A stretch of 64,000 bases of DNA from Amoebidium appalachense. Its lineage: Eukaryota; Protista; Ichthyosporea. The DNA is taken from NCBI GenBank assembly GCA_963693365.1, contig CAVNZM010000018.1:1710228-1774227 (forward strand). Direction: 5' to 3'. Of this stretch, positions 17,151-36,769 are shown one piece after another; position 1 is the first letter of the stretch, and every line of letters starts with the position of its first letter. The notes beneath the pieces are model-generated. The model saw only the letters and a program-made list of their open reading frames with translations. It was not told the origin of the DNA and ran no database searches. The position numbers and the translations under genes are program-made.

Positions 17151-17520
17151 CTGCTTTGCTGCCTATCTATTGGCTGCAGGTCACACATGTTCTGCCGTTA
17201 CTGCTTTGCTGCCTATCTATTGGCTGCAGGTCACACATGTTCTGCCACTACTGCTTTGCTGCCTATCTATTGGCTGCAGGTCACATGTTCTGCCGCTACT
17301 TGCTTTGCTGCCTATCTATTGGCTGCAGGTCACACATGTTCTGCCGCTACTGCTTTGCTGCCTATCTATTGGCTGCAGGTCACATGTTCTGCCGCTACTG
17401 CTTTGCTGCCTATCTATTGGCTGCAGGTCACATGTTCTGCCGCTACTGCTTTGCTGCCTATCTATTGGCTGCAGGTCACATGTTCTGCCGCTACTGCTTT
17501 GCTGCCTATCTATTGGCTGA
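17151..17520. repeat. Tandem repeat, ~57-59 bp unit, ~6.5 copies
   Basis: CTGCTTTGCTGCCTATCTATTGGCTGCAGGTCA(CA)CATGTTCTGCCGCTA repeated. Confidence 0.95.
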
Positions 17521-18997
17521 GGGGAGGAAACTTACGTAAGCACATGTTTGTTTCCACAGTGTTACGGGTACACGATTGGGAGGTGGTGGATCTAGGGGAG
17601 AGACATAGGATGAGGGGGAGGGGAGGGAGGGGGATGTATGCAACAAACGTTTGGAAATATGGAGGAGGAGGCACCAAAAGACAATACATAAAACGCCACC
17701 AACCCCCTCCCCCCCCCCCCCCCCCCCCCTCTCCCCCCGAAATCAAACCATAGGTTAAAAAGCACAGGCAGAAGACGCTTGAATAGAGCCCACTATCAGG
17801 AGGGCGAGGGGGACACCCTGTGGGGAGGGGGGGGGGGGGGGGAAGGGGGAAGTAATCGCACTTGTCATCAAAATGCACAACGAAAAACAGGGATGGGGGT
17901 TCAGAATGACAGGAGTACATGAACACAAGAGCACACGCGGGGGGAGGGGGGGGGGGGGGGGGGGGATATATTATATCCCCTTGGTGAATGAACAACACAG
18001 ATTAAAACAGAAGGTGGGCACTATGGTTTATATGAAACAATTAAAAAAATTAGGAATATCGCAAAATCGAAAAAAATATGTATGGACCAATTATTTTCGC
18101 GCGATCTCACGATTAGCCAAATATAGAAATTTGGGCGGGAAGTTTTTGCGCGCCAAAAAAAAGTTTTTATAAAACAATTAAACAAAAGTAGGGATAAGCG
18201 TCGACCTCATTTTTATAAGCTCTTCCCGAGACCACAAGGGTCCCGGGAGTTGAGCAGAATGGCCGCGGCAGCTGGCTTTATATACAAGACCAGCTATCCC
18301 CCAAAACACCATTTTGTGAAACGGTCCTTGCGATACCATAATCCGCGCGTTATGGTGTATGGCAATTATTTTAAATTATTTTTATCATATTGGAACGATG
18401 TGTATTACATGTCTAAAAAAATTATTTGGCTTAAAATACGAGATAAAGATTATTTATTCTTTAGATACACACATACGACTCGCCCTGTACATGGAGGTTT
18501 GGCGGGACCCAACCTCCAGAAAAAGCCACCAATGGATCCCGGAATATAAAACTTTTAATCTCGCGCGCATTCCACCAAAGCCAATAGCATGATCGGAAAA
18601 ACTCGCGCGCATTCCATCTAATTTATCACTTAGCCAATAGCATGGTAGGTGCATCACGTCCACGATCTGCCGCAGCTTCCCGCCAAATCGGACATCCAAC
18701 CACTTACCTACAGCACATGGCGCCAAAAAGAAGCCAATCAATCACAAGATAAATTATAAAAAAAAATATGCCGCAATGCCTGTTGAATGAACAACACAGA
18801 TTAAAACAGAAGGTGGGCACCATGGTTTTTATAAAACAAAAAAAAAAAAGTAGGAATGTTACAAATAAGGAGTGTCCAAACCTGGGATATCCAAACACAC
18901 ACACACACACAAACGAAAAGGAATCACGAGAAAATAGATTGGAAAGCAAAAAAGTGACGAGAGTGGGAGTTCAGGCCACGTCCAGAGAAGAAACAAA
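17515..18997 (-). repeat. tRNA-Leu-headed dispersed repeat, copy 2, interrupted by a ~720-bp insert
   Basis: Matches 11023-11700. 17985-18060 is repeated at 18784-18858 on either side of an AT-rich insert. A tRNA 3' remnant lies at 18955-18990. Confidence 0.7.
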
Positions 18998-18999
18998 CT

Positions 19000-23531
<4,532 letters not shown>

Positions 23532-24831
23532 TTTTCTGGAGATTTTAGTTCGTTTCTTGTATGTTATCGTCCTGGTGTTCATACCCTTTTCAAATTATGG
23601 GGAAAAAATACAAAAAAAAAAAAAAAAAAAAAACTTAGGATTTTTCAGGATTGCCACTTTCCTTTGGACCTATACGTAGTGCAGTAACCAGATATCTTCT
23701 TCTGATATAGTTCTGAAATGGAGAAGGAAGAAGCACCAGTTTTTAATTCAGAGTAGGTAGACTCTGGTGAGGGGTCTATGTAAGAGGGATATGCTAACGA
23801 TTTCGGCGGTCAAGTTTGGATGTTATGTTTTTACCTTTTTTTTGTAAACGTCATATCAGAAACATGTCTTTGTTCGGGTACTATGTTCCAGTTGAACGCT
23901 TTTTATAAAAAGAAAAACGAAGTCGTTAATGCAGTCTTCTGCGCTAAGCGTGCTCTCGTTTTAACGACCGTTGAAGCAGTGACTGACTTGACCGTCGTTT
24001 TTTCTCTTGCGTGTAAGTAGTGCTTCAACTTACACGTATGTGCGTGTGTTCAGAAGCATTTGTGGTTTGTTCGGCCTATCCAATATTTATAGCCTTTTTA
24101 ATTGTTTTCGGAGTGCGCATTATTCGTTTTTTCGTGAATACACAAAATCCATGCGTTTTCCCACATACTGTACATACAAGTAACACAAGCCTTTGAATCG
24201 CATTTGGAGTGCAAGATCGGCCTTGCAGATCTTGGTCATATTGCTTAGTTTTGATTTGCAAATAGACAATGGCCCTTATCAATGCATGATATGTATGCTT
24301 TCTGATTCGTCAACTATGTTCAACCTGCTACCTCGAGCTCTCGATACATTAGCTATATGGATGTATGTAATCAATTCACCTGCCACAATATTGACTTGAA
24401 ACAATATGTAGCTATTAATTATTATATAAAACGAGCATTTTTTTTCATCACAATTTTTTGGCCTGTGAGATAGAGGTGCGTGTGCAAGGAGCAGTCCCGG
24501 CGGGGGAGCTTGCGGGAGCACTGATCATCGGGGGCCAATCAAAAGGCCCTTCGATTACGTCCGTGTGACGTGCTGGTTCAGATCCTTGCCGTTCTTTCTT
24601 CCCACGTGCACTTTTCAAACAGCCCCAAAAATCCTAAGAGGAGCCTTGAATATGTATGCATATATCCCTATTTTTGAGGCTAGTAACTCAAGGGGGTTTA
24701 TTACCGTTCAAGTTTGGTACATACGGTACGCACTACCAAGGCACCATTCACGGATATCATTGCTGCCGACAGGAATGCATGTACACTTGCAATTCAACTG
24801 ACAAGTGCAAGCACTGTGTACATGCAGAATT

Positions 24832-24942
<111 letters not shown>

Positions 24943-25083
24943 CGCACGCACGCACGCACGCACGCACACAAACCCACACCCACACACACAAATATTAATG
25001 CCCAAACAGTGTGCACACACACACACACGCGCTGATACACACACGCACGTACATCACACACACACACACACACGCACACACGC

Positions 25084-25153
<70 letters not shown>

Positions 25154-25214
25154 TCGGCACATAAAAACAGTGAACATATGCAACCACACACACAGAGCTA
25201 GCGTCGTTAAGTGT

Positions 25215-25325
<111 letters not shown>

Positions 25326-25851
25326 GGTCTCTCTCTCTAGGTCTCTCTCTCGCTCTCGCTTTCGCTCTTTCTCCCTCCCCGCCCCCCCTCCCTCCCCCAT
25401 CTCCCTCCCACCCTGTCTGAACATGAGCATACTCGTCACGATGGCACACAGGCAGAAAGAGACACGTGCATATTGCATCATGGCACACGTCACACACTCA
25501 ATGCTCTAAGCGTATGCATTTAAGTTTTATGTATTCAGTACACCGTGTCAGTTTGCAATCACCAAAATCATGCCAATTTGTGTCATTTCATATGCCTATA
25601 TACTATGCTTGAACAACATCACTCCGGACTGAGGCCTAGGTGCTTGCTTTCCATTTTTAGGGACGGGGGATATGGGGGAGGAGGCTTAGGGCCGAGTGGA
25701 AGGGCGAAGAGGATTGCTAAGGCTTGGAGACAAGTGAAAATTAATTTGGGGCTCAGATCTCACTAAATGAGTTTGCAGGGAGGGACGGGAATGCATTTGG
25801 CGCGTGGCGCGACCGCGTGTGCATATGCGCGCGTGTGTGTTTGGTTTCCCG

Positions 25852-25884
<33 letters not shown>

Positions 25885-25895
25885 CGTTTTTGTGT

Positions 25896-25948
<53 letters not shown>

Positions 25949-26114
25949 GGAGTAGAGGAGGGGAGGTGAAGGTGGGCAGGAAGGGTTGGAACATATACAG
26001 TCATGAATCCGAGGCACACATGCATTTCATTCCCGACGAACATCTCAGTGCAGATCGAAATTATACATAAAGAGCATGCATAATTAAGCAGCCTGTGGGG
26101 GTCCGGCAGCGCCA

Positions 26115-26159
<45 letters not shown>

Positions 26160-26441
26160 ACCTATGATAATAGACGATGTGCAGTGGCCCTACAATAATT
26201 CGAAGTGTGTGCGTGTGTATATGTGTGAGAGTTATCGTGTTTGTGTGTTTATATATATGTTCGTCGAAGTGTTTGTTTTTATTGGTGTGCGTGTGTATGT
26301 GTGTGTGTGTGTGGTTGTGTGGGGGGGGCGGGTGAGGGGGGAGGGGAGGGGGGGGAGGGGAGGGGGAAGAGAGAGAGAGTGGGGGGGTGATGTAAGCATT
26401 AGAGGGCGGAAATACGGATGCCTCGAGGAGACACTAGGGCA

Positions 26442-26475
<34 letters not shown>

Positions 26476-26567
26476 GCGGAGGTTTAAGAAGGGACCGGAG
26501 CAGGAAAACATTACAATTCACTGGAAAATGACAGCTGGTATAAACAGAATTGTGTGTGTGAGTTTGT

Positions 26568-26606
<39 letters not shown>

Positions 26607-26630
26607 GGGAGGGAAGGGTAAGGTGCGAAC

Positions 26631-26699
<69 letters not shown>

Positions 26700-27810
26700 T
26701 GTGTGTGTGTACGTGCACGTGGTGGTGGTAGTGGTGGTATTGATGGGGTTGGAGGTGGGGGAGGAGGGAGAGGGGGGATAGAATGCCTACGCAGTATACG
26801 TAGAACCTAAATTAGGTATACATTACGATGTGCAAGAACACGACACAGTATGGTCCCCTGATTTGGGTGTGGTACATACGTGGATGTGTGTGTGTGTGCG
26901 CGCGCGCACGAATTGTGGTGGTGGTGCGGGGGGGAGGAGGAGGGGGGGGAGGACAGAACACACAGGAAAATCTATATTGGGTACATACTATGTACATAAC
27001 CAGGACACAGTATGGTCCCCTGGTTTTATTATGCGCGCGCGCACGCGTGTGTGTGCGCGCGCGCGGGTGTGTACACGTGTGTGTACGCACGCGCATTAGG
27101 GAGGGGAGGGGGGAAGGGTGAGGGACAGCAAGGGTTGGAAAACTTGTATTCTAACACAAATAGATACATAAATTCCTCTTTCTTATTGTGCACAGTTCCA
27201 AAATCCTATTGCATACTTTACTGAGGTCAGTGGGCCCGTAGCGTAACACCAGAGAAATCAGACAGTAAGAAATCAAGCACGCACATGTTCACTTTACATA
27301 TGTAGGAAAGCAACCTAGTCATGCAGCGATAATCAGGAGTCGCGCCTAAGTTTTTGAGCTCCCCGAGACGACAAGGGTCCCGGGAGTTGAGCAAACTGAT
27401 AAAAACGAATGTAATATAGGAATTATGCATGGGCACATAGACGTCTATGTGCCCAGGAATGTATGTAGGTTCACCGTACAAACTTCTTGTGCACCATGGA
27501 GAGGGCAGGAAGGGGAGGAGCCAAGTGGAATTATGGTTCGGAACTTGGGTTGTCCTCAATACCGTTTACTTCAACATGCAGAAGCGAAGTACCGACCGCC
27601 TCTGGCACCCCGGCACTTATACATTCACAAAGTCTTATTACAGCACATACGAAAGAAGAAGCGCAATTTTCACCGTTATTCATTATTTCTCTTTAGACTT
27701 TCATGTTTACCAGGCTATCTGACTGCTTCACGTTTACCAGATTTATCAAGTTTAAAAGATCTACATGCCAGAATAAAGCAGCAGTCAAGCCACGCTACCA
27801 GCCTGCCCCT

Positions 27811-28677
<867 letters not shown>

Positions 28678-30242
28678 TTACGTGATTTGGAGGGGATGAC
28701 GTTGCTAGGCTGGACTGCCTTAATCTTATAACACAGCACCTTAAAAGAGCATATAATTGTTATATTTTCTGTGTATTAGTTTTAATGAATATATTTTGAT
28801 GATTAAGATTTTTTTTCTTTTGTCCGAAAATGTATCATTAGCGAGTTACTGACAGCAAAAGCCAAAGCAGAATCACCGAGTTGGCATGCACGAATCGCAG
28901 CACGATCGCGAATCGCGAACACGCAGACAGCTGGTCAAATGTCCGTGTGATGACGTACACGTAAAAAGCCCAACAGCCAAAAAAGATACCTGATATTGCA
29001 TGTGGGTTGGTTTTAATTTTGCTTTTTCTTTATGGATCTGAACTACCAGAAACCATTCAAACACTATTAATGGTTATGCCAAGAAGCCACATATAAACCT
29101 AAAAACAGTATAGGTCTTGGATGATCTTATCTTGGAGGTTTAGATAAAAAAAATCAGAAACTATTCCTCTCACTTTTCACTTCATCTAAATTTAAGCAAC
29201 CAATCGCAAAACACTAACAAAGAGCCAAGAGGGCGTGAATCAAGTTAGCTGATTGAACTAAGCTATGATTCGTCAAGAATGGTCACGAAAGTTTTTTATT
29301 GGCTCATTCTCAAAATATTAATGGCATGTGCAGCTCCTGCCGCCCAGTGCTCATGCATTTTTCACATTGTCACAACAAATGAAACAGGAAATTCTATAAA
29401 GCTATTCAATATGCTAACATACAGATAAGATTAACAGGCAAATTGTTTTATTTCTTCTTATTTTTATGTGGTGCTTTTTAAACTGGCTGCTACTGTTACT
29501 AAGACATTGCTAAGGTAATTACGTCATCGAAGTACGTGCGCTGGATATGGTATTTTTCCAGCAGACTTCAAACTGGAACATCGAATCGTTGGTTCGCAAA
29601 TTCCCCTTCTGTGAAATTCGGCTAAAGCTGGTTGGAATAGGATCGCAATGCACCTAGCAATTGGCTACATATCAGTTACAATAGAATGCCGATACGCAGA
29701 GAGCCAATCAAGCGTGTTATATTTGATAAGTAATTCCAGGGGTAATCATTGGGTCGCAGTGTGTCGCAGTTTCTACGTCATCTGTCGCATAATCTTGCGA
29801 CGTCATTGGCTCCATGCGGCGAACGATCCGAATGGCTCTCGTGGAGAAAATTCTGTTTTTTGGCCCTCCCTTAGTGTAGACCTGTGAAGCACGTGACGTT
29901 TGTTGTGAAGCGGAGTCCTAAACTTAAGCTGACTAATAGTTACGTTATTTTGGAAAGTTTTAGAAAAGTTGGACCAATGGTTCAAAAGTTAAAGCGTCTT
30001 TATTGCTTCATTCTGATTGGTTGTCACACCACGGGGTTTCCCGATTGTTCTTCGAATGACAGTTTCTATCACTATCAGACAGTTCTCCGATATTAGAACA
30101 GAAAACGGTCTCTACCCAGATGGCCAGATGGCCAGGTCAAATTCAGTGTGTGAAAAAGGTGGATAAAACGGGATAAAACGGGAGCCAAAATGATCTGGCC
30201 ATCTGGCCATGTGGCCATGGAATCTCTATATCTAAAAATAGC

Positions 30243-30660
30243 TGGCACTGCGCCGGGGCGTGGTTCCGGGAGGCAGGGGAGGCACACGTGCAGGGGAGCA
30301 CTCACTGGCACTGCGCCGGGCGTGGTTCCGGGAGGCAGGGGAGGCACACGTGCAGGGGAGGCAGGGGAGCAGGGGAGACTGGGGGGCCACTCACAGCGTG
30401 GATAAATGTTGTGTATGCATATGACCATGGTCACGTGTACTAAGAGACTCCACTGGGGGCGTGGTTCCGGGAGGCAGGGGAGCAGGGGGGCAGGGGGGCA
30501 GGGGAGGCACACGTGCAGGGGAGGCAGGGGGGGGGGGGGGGGGATAAATGTTGTGTGTGCATATGTATGTTGGTTGTGCGGCTGTTTGCGTAATAAAGGC
30601 AGAAGCCACGACACTGGGGGCGTGGTTCCGGGCAGCAGGGGGGGCAGGGGGGAGGGGGGT
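30243..30660. repeat. Imperfect GC-rich repeats (GCGTGGTTCCGGGAGGCAGGGGAG..CACACGTGCAGGGGAG)
   Basis: Four partial copies. Confidence 0.75.
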
Positions 30661-30686
30661 GACAAGGAGGAACAGGGTTGGTTTTT

Positions 30687-31124
30687 TTATTTGGGCTTGT
30701 GCTTATGGCAATGGGTCGTAGATTTCACCCTGTTTTTGCAGGGATTGCCAGCCTTGGTTTTGCCCTGGCAGTACCCATTTTCCCTGCCCACACCCACTGC
30801 CGCAGCTACAACCGGTGGCTGTGGTGCACCCATGGGTGGATCCGGAGTGGACACAGTTGGCACGGGTACCCCGGTGCGCTCGGTGCGAGGGCGCTGCATT
30901 TCTGCGACTGTAAAGGCGGCCAGGAGGTCGTCCAGCAGGAGGTTTGCATGAGCATAGTCCCCGGCCTTGTGGGGGTGGAGGATGTTGATGGTGTTGTCGC
31001 TGTAGAGGAGGACACCGGTGGCAGGGGCAAAGCATACCCAGGGCTTGAAAATTCGGCATCTGGAGAGAGGGGTACTGGTAAAACACAAGAGCAACACGGC
31101 ATCAAGAGTTTGTACCACAGGCAA
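30687..31124 (-). CDS. Viral-type protein with C-terminal CxGxTKxGxxC..CxxH finger (DUF5763-like); 5' end uncertain
   Basis: CQGKTKAGNPCKNRVKSTTHCHKH motif, typical of giant-virus proteins. The ORF track start is TTG, so the 5' part may be degenerate. Confidence 0.55.
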   Translation of the reverse strand: MPVVQTLDAVLLLCFTSTPLSRCRIFKPWVCFAPATGVLLYSDNTINILHPHKAGDYAHANLLLDDLLAAFTVAEMQRPRTERTGVPVPTVSTPDPPMGAPQPPVVAAAVGVGRENGYCQGKTKAGNPCKNRVKSTTHCHKHKPK

Positions 31125-31190
31125 GATCTCAGAAGGTCACTTTTGGGGTGTAACACGTCGGATACTGAAAGTTTTGTGAGGTACACGTAC

Positions 31191-31463
31191 ATGTTCGACA
31201 GCACGGTCACCACAGGCATTCTTTATGTGATATCTATATGCAGTGTCATTGCAAATATACACTGGTACAATTTAATGAAGTCCGAACCGAATGCTAGAGA
31301 GAAAGTGGACAAAATGTATCTGGTGTACGTCAGCGCTGCTATTGTCCTCACATGTTTATTGGTTACACCATTGATGTATGCAGTCATATACTATTTCAAT
31401 AAGAAGACGGGTGCTGCGGAGTACGACACCACTCTGAGACAAACAAGTCACTCGGACTTTTAA
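31191..31463 (+). CDS. Small two-transmembrane protein (90 aa)
   Basis: ATG at 31191. Two hydrophobic segments (TGILYVISICSVIANIHW; MYLVYVSAAIVLTCLLVTPLMYAVIYYF). Confidence 0.55.
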   Translation: MFDSTVTTGILYVISICSVIANIHWYNLMKSEPNAREKVDKMYLVYVSAAIVLTCLLVTPLMYAVIYYFNKKTGAAEYDTTLRQTSHSDF

Positions 31464-31486
31464 TCCGATTGACGTGTCACCGCGCC

Positions 31487-31983
31487 AGCGCTGCATACAA
31501 AAAGACCCGAAGTGGAGTATACGACAAACCCAGCGCCAGCGCTTCATACCCAAAGTGGATACAATAAAAAGACAGTTGCTGTGTGTGCAAAGCTGTGTGT
31601 GCAAAAAGAGGGGAAATAAGCGCTGCATACAAAAGCCCCGAAGTGGAGTATACGACAAACCCAGCGCCAGCGCTTCATACCCAAAGTGGATACAATAAAA
31701 AGACAGTTGCTGTGTGTGCAAAGCTGTGTGTGCAAAAAGAGGGGAAATAAGCGCTGCATACAAAAGCCCCGAAGTGGAGTATACGACAAACCCAGCGCCA
31801 GCGCTTCATACCCAAAGTGGATACAATAAAAAGACAGTTGCTGTGTGTGCAAAGCTGTGTGTGCAAAAAGAGGGGAAATAAGCGCTGCATACAAAAGCCC
31901 CGAAGTGGAGTATACGACAAACCCAGCGCCAGCGCTTCATACCCAAAGTGGATACAATAAAAAGACAGTTGCTGTGTGTGCAA
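31487..31983. repeat. Tandem repeat, ~131 bp x ~3.8
   Basis: AGCGCTGCATACAAAA.. recurs at 31487, 31619, 31750 and 31881. Confidence 0.95.
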
Positions 31984-31992
31984 TATACATCG

Positions 31993-32199
31993 ATAGACTT
32001 ATGAAAGCACACAAACTGTGTGCCACACGGGCATGCATGCATGGGGAGGGAGTGTGGGGTGGGGGGGGAGGGGGGGAGGGGGGGGGGAGGGGGGGGGGGG
32101 GGGGGGGGGGAGACTTTGAACGTGCATAGACTTATGAAAGCACACAAACTGTGTGCCACACGGGCATGCATGCATGGGGAGGGAGTGTGGGGTGGGGGG

Positions 32200-32236
<37 letters not shown>

Positions 32237-32327
32237 GACTTTGAACGTGCATGCAATAGACTTATGAAAGCACACAAACTGTGTTCCACACGGGCATGCA
32301 TGCATGGGGAGGGAGTGTGGGGTGGGG

Positions 32328-32359
<32 letters not shown>

Positions 32360-32602
32360 AGACTTTGAACGTGCATGCAATAGACTTATGAAAGCACACA
32401 AACTGTGTTCCACACGGGCATGCATGCATGGGGAGGGAGTGTGGGGTGGGGGGGGAGGGGGGGGGGGGGGGGGGAGACTTTGAACGTGCATGCAATAGAC
32501 TTATGAAAGCACACAAACTGTGTTCCACACGGGCATGCATGCATGGGGAGGGAGTGTGGGGTGGGGGGGAGGGGGGGGGGGAGACTTTGAACGTGCATGC
32601 AA
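31993..32602. repeat. Tandem repeat, ~115-133 bp x 5 with a variable G-run
   Basis: ATAGACTTATGAAAGCACACAAACTGTG.. recurs five times. Confidence 0.95.
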
Positions 32603-32901
32603 GTGTGTACCAAAAGGGACCTGGACTTCTTTGTATACAATCGATATTTAATCGGTTGAAAACAGCAAAACAAGACTTGTACATATATAATAACCACAAG
32701 ATACTAAACCATCCAGAAGACTTGTACATATATAATAACCACAAATACTAAACCATCCAGAACCAGAAAAACAAGATGCCTACATGGTGCTACCAGTATC
32801 AACAGTCATATATTAAAATACATCAGCCAGCCCCTGTGGCCATACCCAGCCCCTGACACATACAACAAAATCAAAACACACCCCTCACCACTCCCAACCT
32901 C

Positions 32902-34293
32902 CTAATCTTGTTCGTCTTCGTGTTCATCACTGTCCGTGTGAATAACATGTACATCTGAAACTTTCTTTGCACGTGTCCTGCCACTGCGGGCAGGGGCTGG
33001 TTTCTGACTCGGTTTTGGTTTCTTTGCTCGACCACTTTCTTTCCCTTTCTTCCCCTCGACCTTCTCGCCCATACCCATCATGTCCTCCAATTCCTCATCT
33101 ATTGCCGTCTCAAATGCCGTCTCTTCCTGGCGGTGCCGTTTGTACACACCGAAAGAAATATCTGACAGTCCTCTCTTTGAACCCTGGGGATATGCAGAGG
33201 GGTTCGACATCATGGAGGGAAGAGAGGCACCAAAAGTGCGGGATTGGGAAAAAGGTGCAGGAGTGCTGGTAACGGTGGCGAGGGACGGATTGAAGGGGGG
33301 TACGGGCATGACAGAGGAGAAACCGGATGAGGGGAGGGCGAGAAGGGGCAGGGGGAGGTTGAGGGGGGTTTTGGGTTGAGTGGTACCGGGCGGGGGGAGG
33401 GTGGGGGTGGGATTTTGATTGGTCGTACCAGGGGGGGGGGGGGGGGGGGCGAGACCGTGTTGGACGGTAATGTCGGGGAGGGGCTGGGGGTCATCTTTCC
33501 ACCCACGAAGTTTCTGTGTGCTCTCGTCGATTGTTCTACGGTATGATTCCCTCATGGTCGCAATGTGTGACTGAAGCCTGGTAATCTCGGCCCGGTATTT
33601 TTCCCCTTCAGCCTGATGTTCCAGGATATCGGCCACCTTTCCAACAAGCTGCCCTTCGAGGGAGGATATCGGCCACCTTTCCAACAAGCTGCCCTTCGAG
33701 GTCCCGATTCTTTTCCGATAACACCTGTTCCTTTGCATCTGCAAAGTGTTTTTGTTTGGCCGCCGCCGATTTTAGCTCGGCAATTTCCCCCTTAAGGATT
33801 TGGATGTCGTGATCCTTCGTTTGTAATTCTTTCTCTGCGGCTTCCAGCTTCTCCTGCAATTCGGTGGTTGGGGTGGTGACAGCGGGTGCAGTGGCCGCAG
33901 TACCGACCTTTGCCAATGCAGAGGCAATGGCACTGTCTACTTTCGACTGCAACACAGTCTCCAAGTACTCTTCGAACATTTTTGGATCGACGGGAGCAGT
34001 GTCGCCGGAGTGTGGGGGGGGGGTTGGATGGGGGGGGGATTTCGCCGCCGGAGTGTGGGGGGGGGTTGGATGGGGGGGGGGGGATTTCGCCGCCGGAGTG
34101 TGGGGGGGGGTTGGATGGGGGGGGGATTTCGCCGCCGGAGTGTGGGGGGGGGGTTGGATGGGGGGGGGATTTCGCCGCCGGAGTGTGGGGGGGGGTTGGA
34201 TGTGGGGAAGGCTTCCGATGTGACGGGGTCGGCGGACTTGCTGATGTTGGTTTCGTATGACCCCGACCCGGGAGTTTGCTGGGAATAATCCAT
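32902..34293 (-). pseudogene. Coiled-coil/proline-rich protein gene disrupted by frameshifts
   Basis: MDYSQQTPG.. (ATG 34293), a ~40-bp internal repeat x5 (34003-34205), coiled coil ELQEKLEAAEKELQTK.., and a 40-bp tandem duplication at 33623-33701 that shifts the frame. The C-terminal part ends ..DEHEDEQD*. Confidence 0.65.
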
Positions 34294-35777
34294 CGTGACA
34301 GTTTTCACAAAAAAAAAGGATAAACAAAGGGAAAAAAAGAAAGGAAGTCTTACGTTTCTCTGCGCAAACACAGTCGTGTGCAAACCCAGTCGTGAACAAG
34401 GGAAAAAGGAAAAAAAAAAAACAAGGGAAAAAGGCAAAAAAAAAAAAAAAGAAAGTGCTACGAATACGATTCTCTGTTGTGAACAAAGGAAAAAGTAAAA
34501 AAAAGAGTGTTACGTTTCTCTGCGCAAACACAGTCCTGTGCAAACCCAGTCGTGAACAAGAGAAAAAGAAAAAAAAAAAGAGAGTGTTACGTTTCTCTAG
34601 GCAAACACCGTCGTGTGCAAACACAGCCATGAACAAAAGAATCAGAAAAGTAGAAAATGACAGCGCTGTGAACTGATATAAAAAACCGCCATCAATTATT
34701 TATATGAAGCCATTGCGCAAAATACGATCTTATGTTACGAGAATCAAGCATAAGAAAAACAGAACTTTTTGGCGCTGTTAGTGAATATATCTCTAATCGT
34801 GTTTGGTTCACAGGTAAACTGTATAAAAAAGGTGAATATACGAAATAAAAATATAATATACAGGACAAAACGAGCGCTAGTTTAAAACATCGAAGGATAT
34901 ACGCTTTCACAACATCTTATTCGCGGACCTTTTTACGTGCAAGCGTTTTGATTGGTGCATAGGGGTTGGTTCTTGCCCCACGTGATTCGCGGCGCTGATG
35001 CTCAGGGTATTCTGATTGAGCGAAATCGAAGCATCGGATTCAAATTAGGCAAATACAAAACGCTTTCCAACCAAAATCCCAAGCGCATGGTTGTTTATTT
35101 ATAGAACCTTATATGTCATAAAACATACAACCCTCTTTTAGGATTTCCCTTATTCCTTGCTCAGTCAAAACGCTCCAGGGTCGGTGCTGCTATCAGTCAC
35201 TAATTTCATTGGCCAGTCATCACGTAAATGCGCCAGCCAACAAAACCAATCGGTGATTGGTGAATAGTGGTTGGGTCAACGTGATCGGGCACTGGTACTC
35301 TAGGCAAGCGCTTATCGGCATTGGTACAATCTAGTTGGTCAATACACCGTGACTCAAGGCTGCAACGCTTTTCGAAGACCAGATTCACAGGACCCTTTCC
35401 AAACAAAATTCCAAGCAAATGTCTGTGTCCGCGTACAGTATAAATAAACATAAATAAATTATGCTTTTTTAATATTTATTGCCTATTAGAATAAATCACA
35501 ATTGTTACTCGCAAAAGGGTCTTGGTTGGGCAGGCTGGCCTTGCTACCCAAACTATTATTAGCCGATCTCACTGATTAGCTTATTATCACGTACGCGCCA
35601 ATCAGTGATTCCATTGGCCAAACTGAACAAAACATTAATTGGCCAGTCATCAAAAACGTGATTTTCTTGATTGCTTCAAGCTTTGCGAAATGAGAATATA
35701 TGTTCAACACTCTCTTTGCGCTCTATATACAACGGAGAAATTACAAGAGTCCATCTTGATTCCCGAACGAACAAATA

Positions 35778-36042
35778 TAACCAAGCGCACCACACCAGTT
35801 CGTGTTACTTTCGCCCGGCGCTGCTGTTGTACATGTTTCAAACATAACCAAGCGCGCCACACCAATTCGTGTCACTTTCGCCCAGCGCTGCTGTTGTGCA
35901 TGTTTCAAACGTAATCAGGCGCACCACATCAGTTCGTGTCACTTTCGCCCAGCGCTGCTGTTGTGCATGTTTCAAACATAATCAAGCGCACCACACCAGT
36001 TCGTGTCACTTTCGCCCGGCGCTGCTGTTGTACATGTTTCCA
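35778..36042. repeat. Tandem repeat, ~67 bp x 4
   Basis: CAAGCGCACCACACCAGTTCGTGTCACTTTCGCCCGGCGCTGCTGTTGTACATGTTTC repeated. Confidence 0.9.
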
Positions 36043-36340
36043 TTGTAATTACAAATAGGCTAGATTGCCAAAAACAGAACGAAAACAACAAAGAAACTTG
36101 TTATAATAACCTGTGCACACCGCGCTATCAGTTGTCCCCTTTTTTAGCCAATACAGATACATAGAATTTCCTTCATGTTTCCCTGTGCGAGGCACATTTT
36201 AGGCTTATGCACACAATCGTAGATTGTTTGGGATACGAAAACAGAGCACACACACAAACGAGTTCTGCTAAACACAAACATTGTTAGACTGGACACAAAA
36301 AACATAGCGCGCGCATGCACGAGCTTTCCTAGGAACGATT

Positions 36341-36458
<118 letters not shown>

Positions 36459-36769
36459 AAGCACGAGCGCTACAACACGGTGGCACAAGCACACAGACAG
36501 AGCGCTCTCACAGACAGTCTTACAGGCAGAGGGTGCTCACAATTACACACATCACAAAAACACACACAGCAACATGGCTGTTAACGGCAATATTCTGGCG
36601 CTCATCACTCGTGCATTCCCGAGCACCATACCACTCAACCCACCCACATTTAGGCTTTCGAACGACGTTGATCCGTCAGTTATATTTACCGGTGAAAGGC
36701 TACTCACACGTCAGAGTATTTATCGTCATCCTCAAAAAAAAAAAACTCGCACCGATCATATATTTGGTG

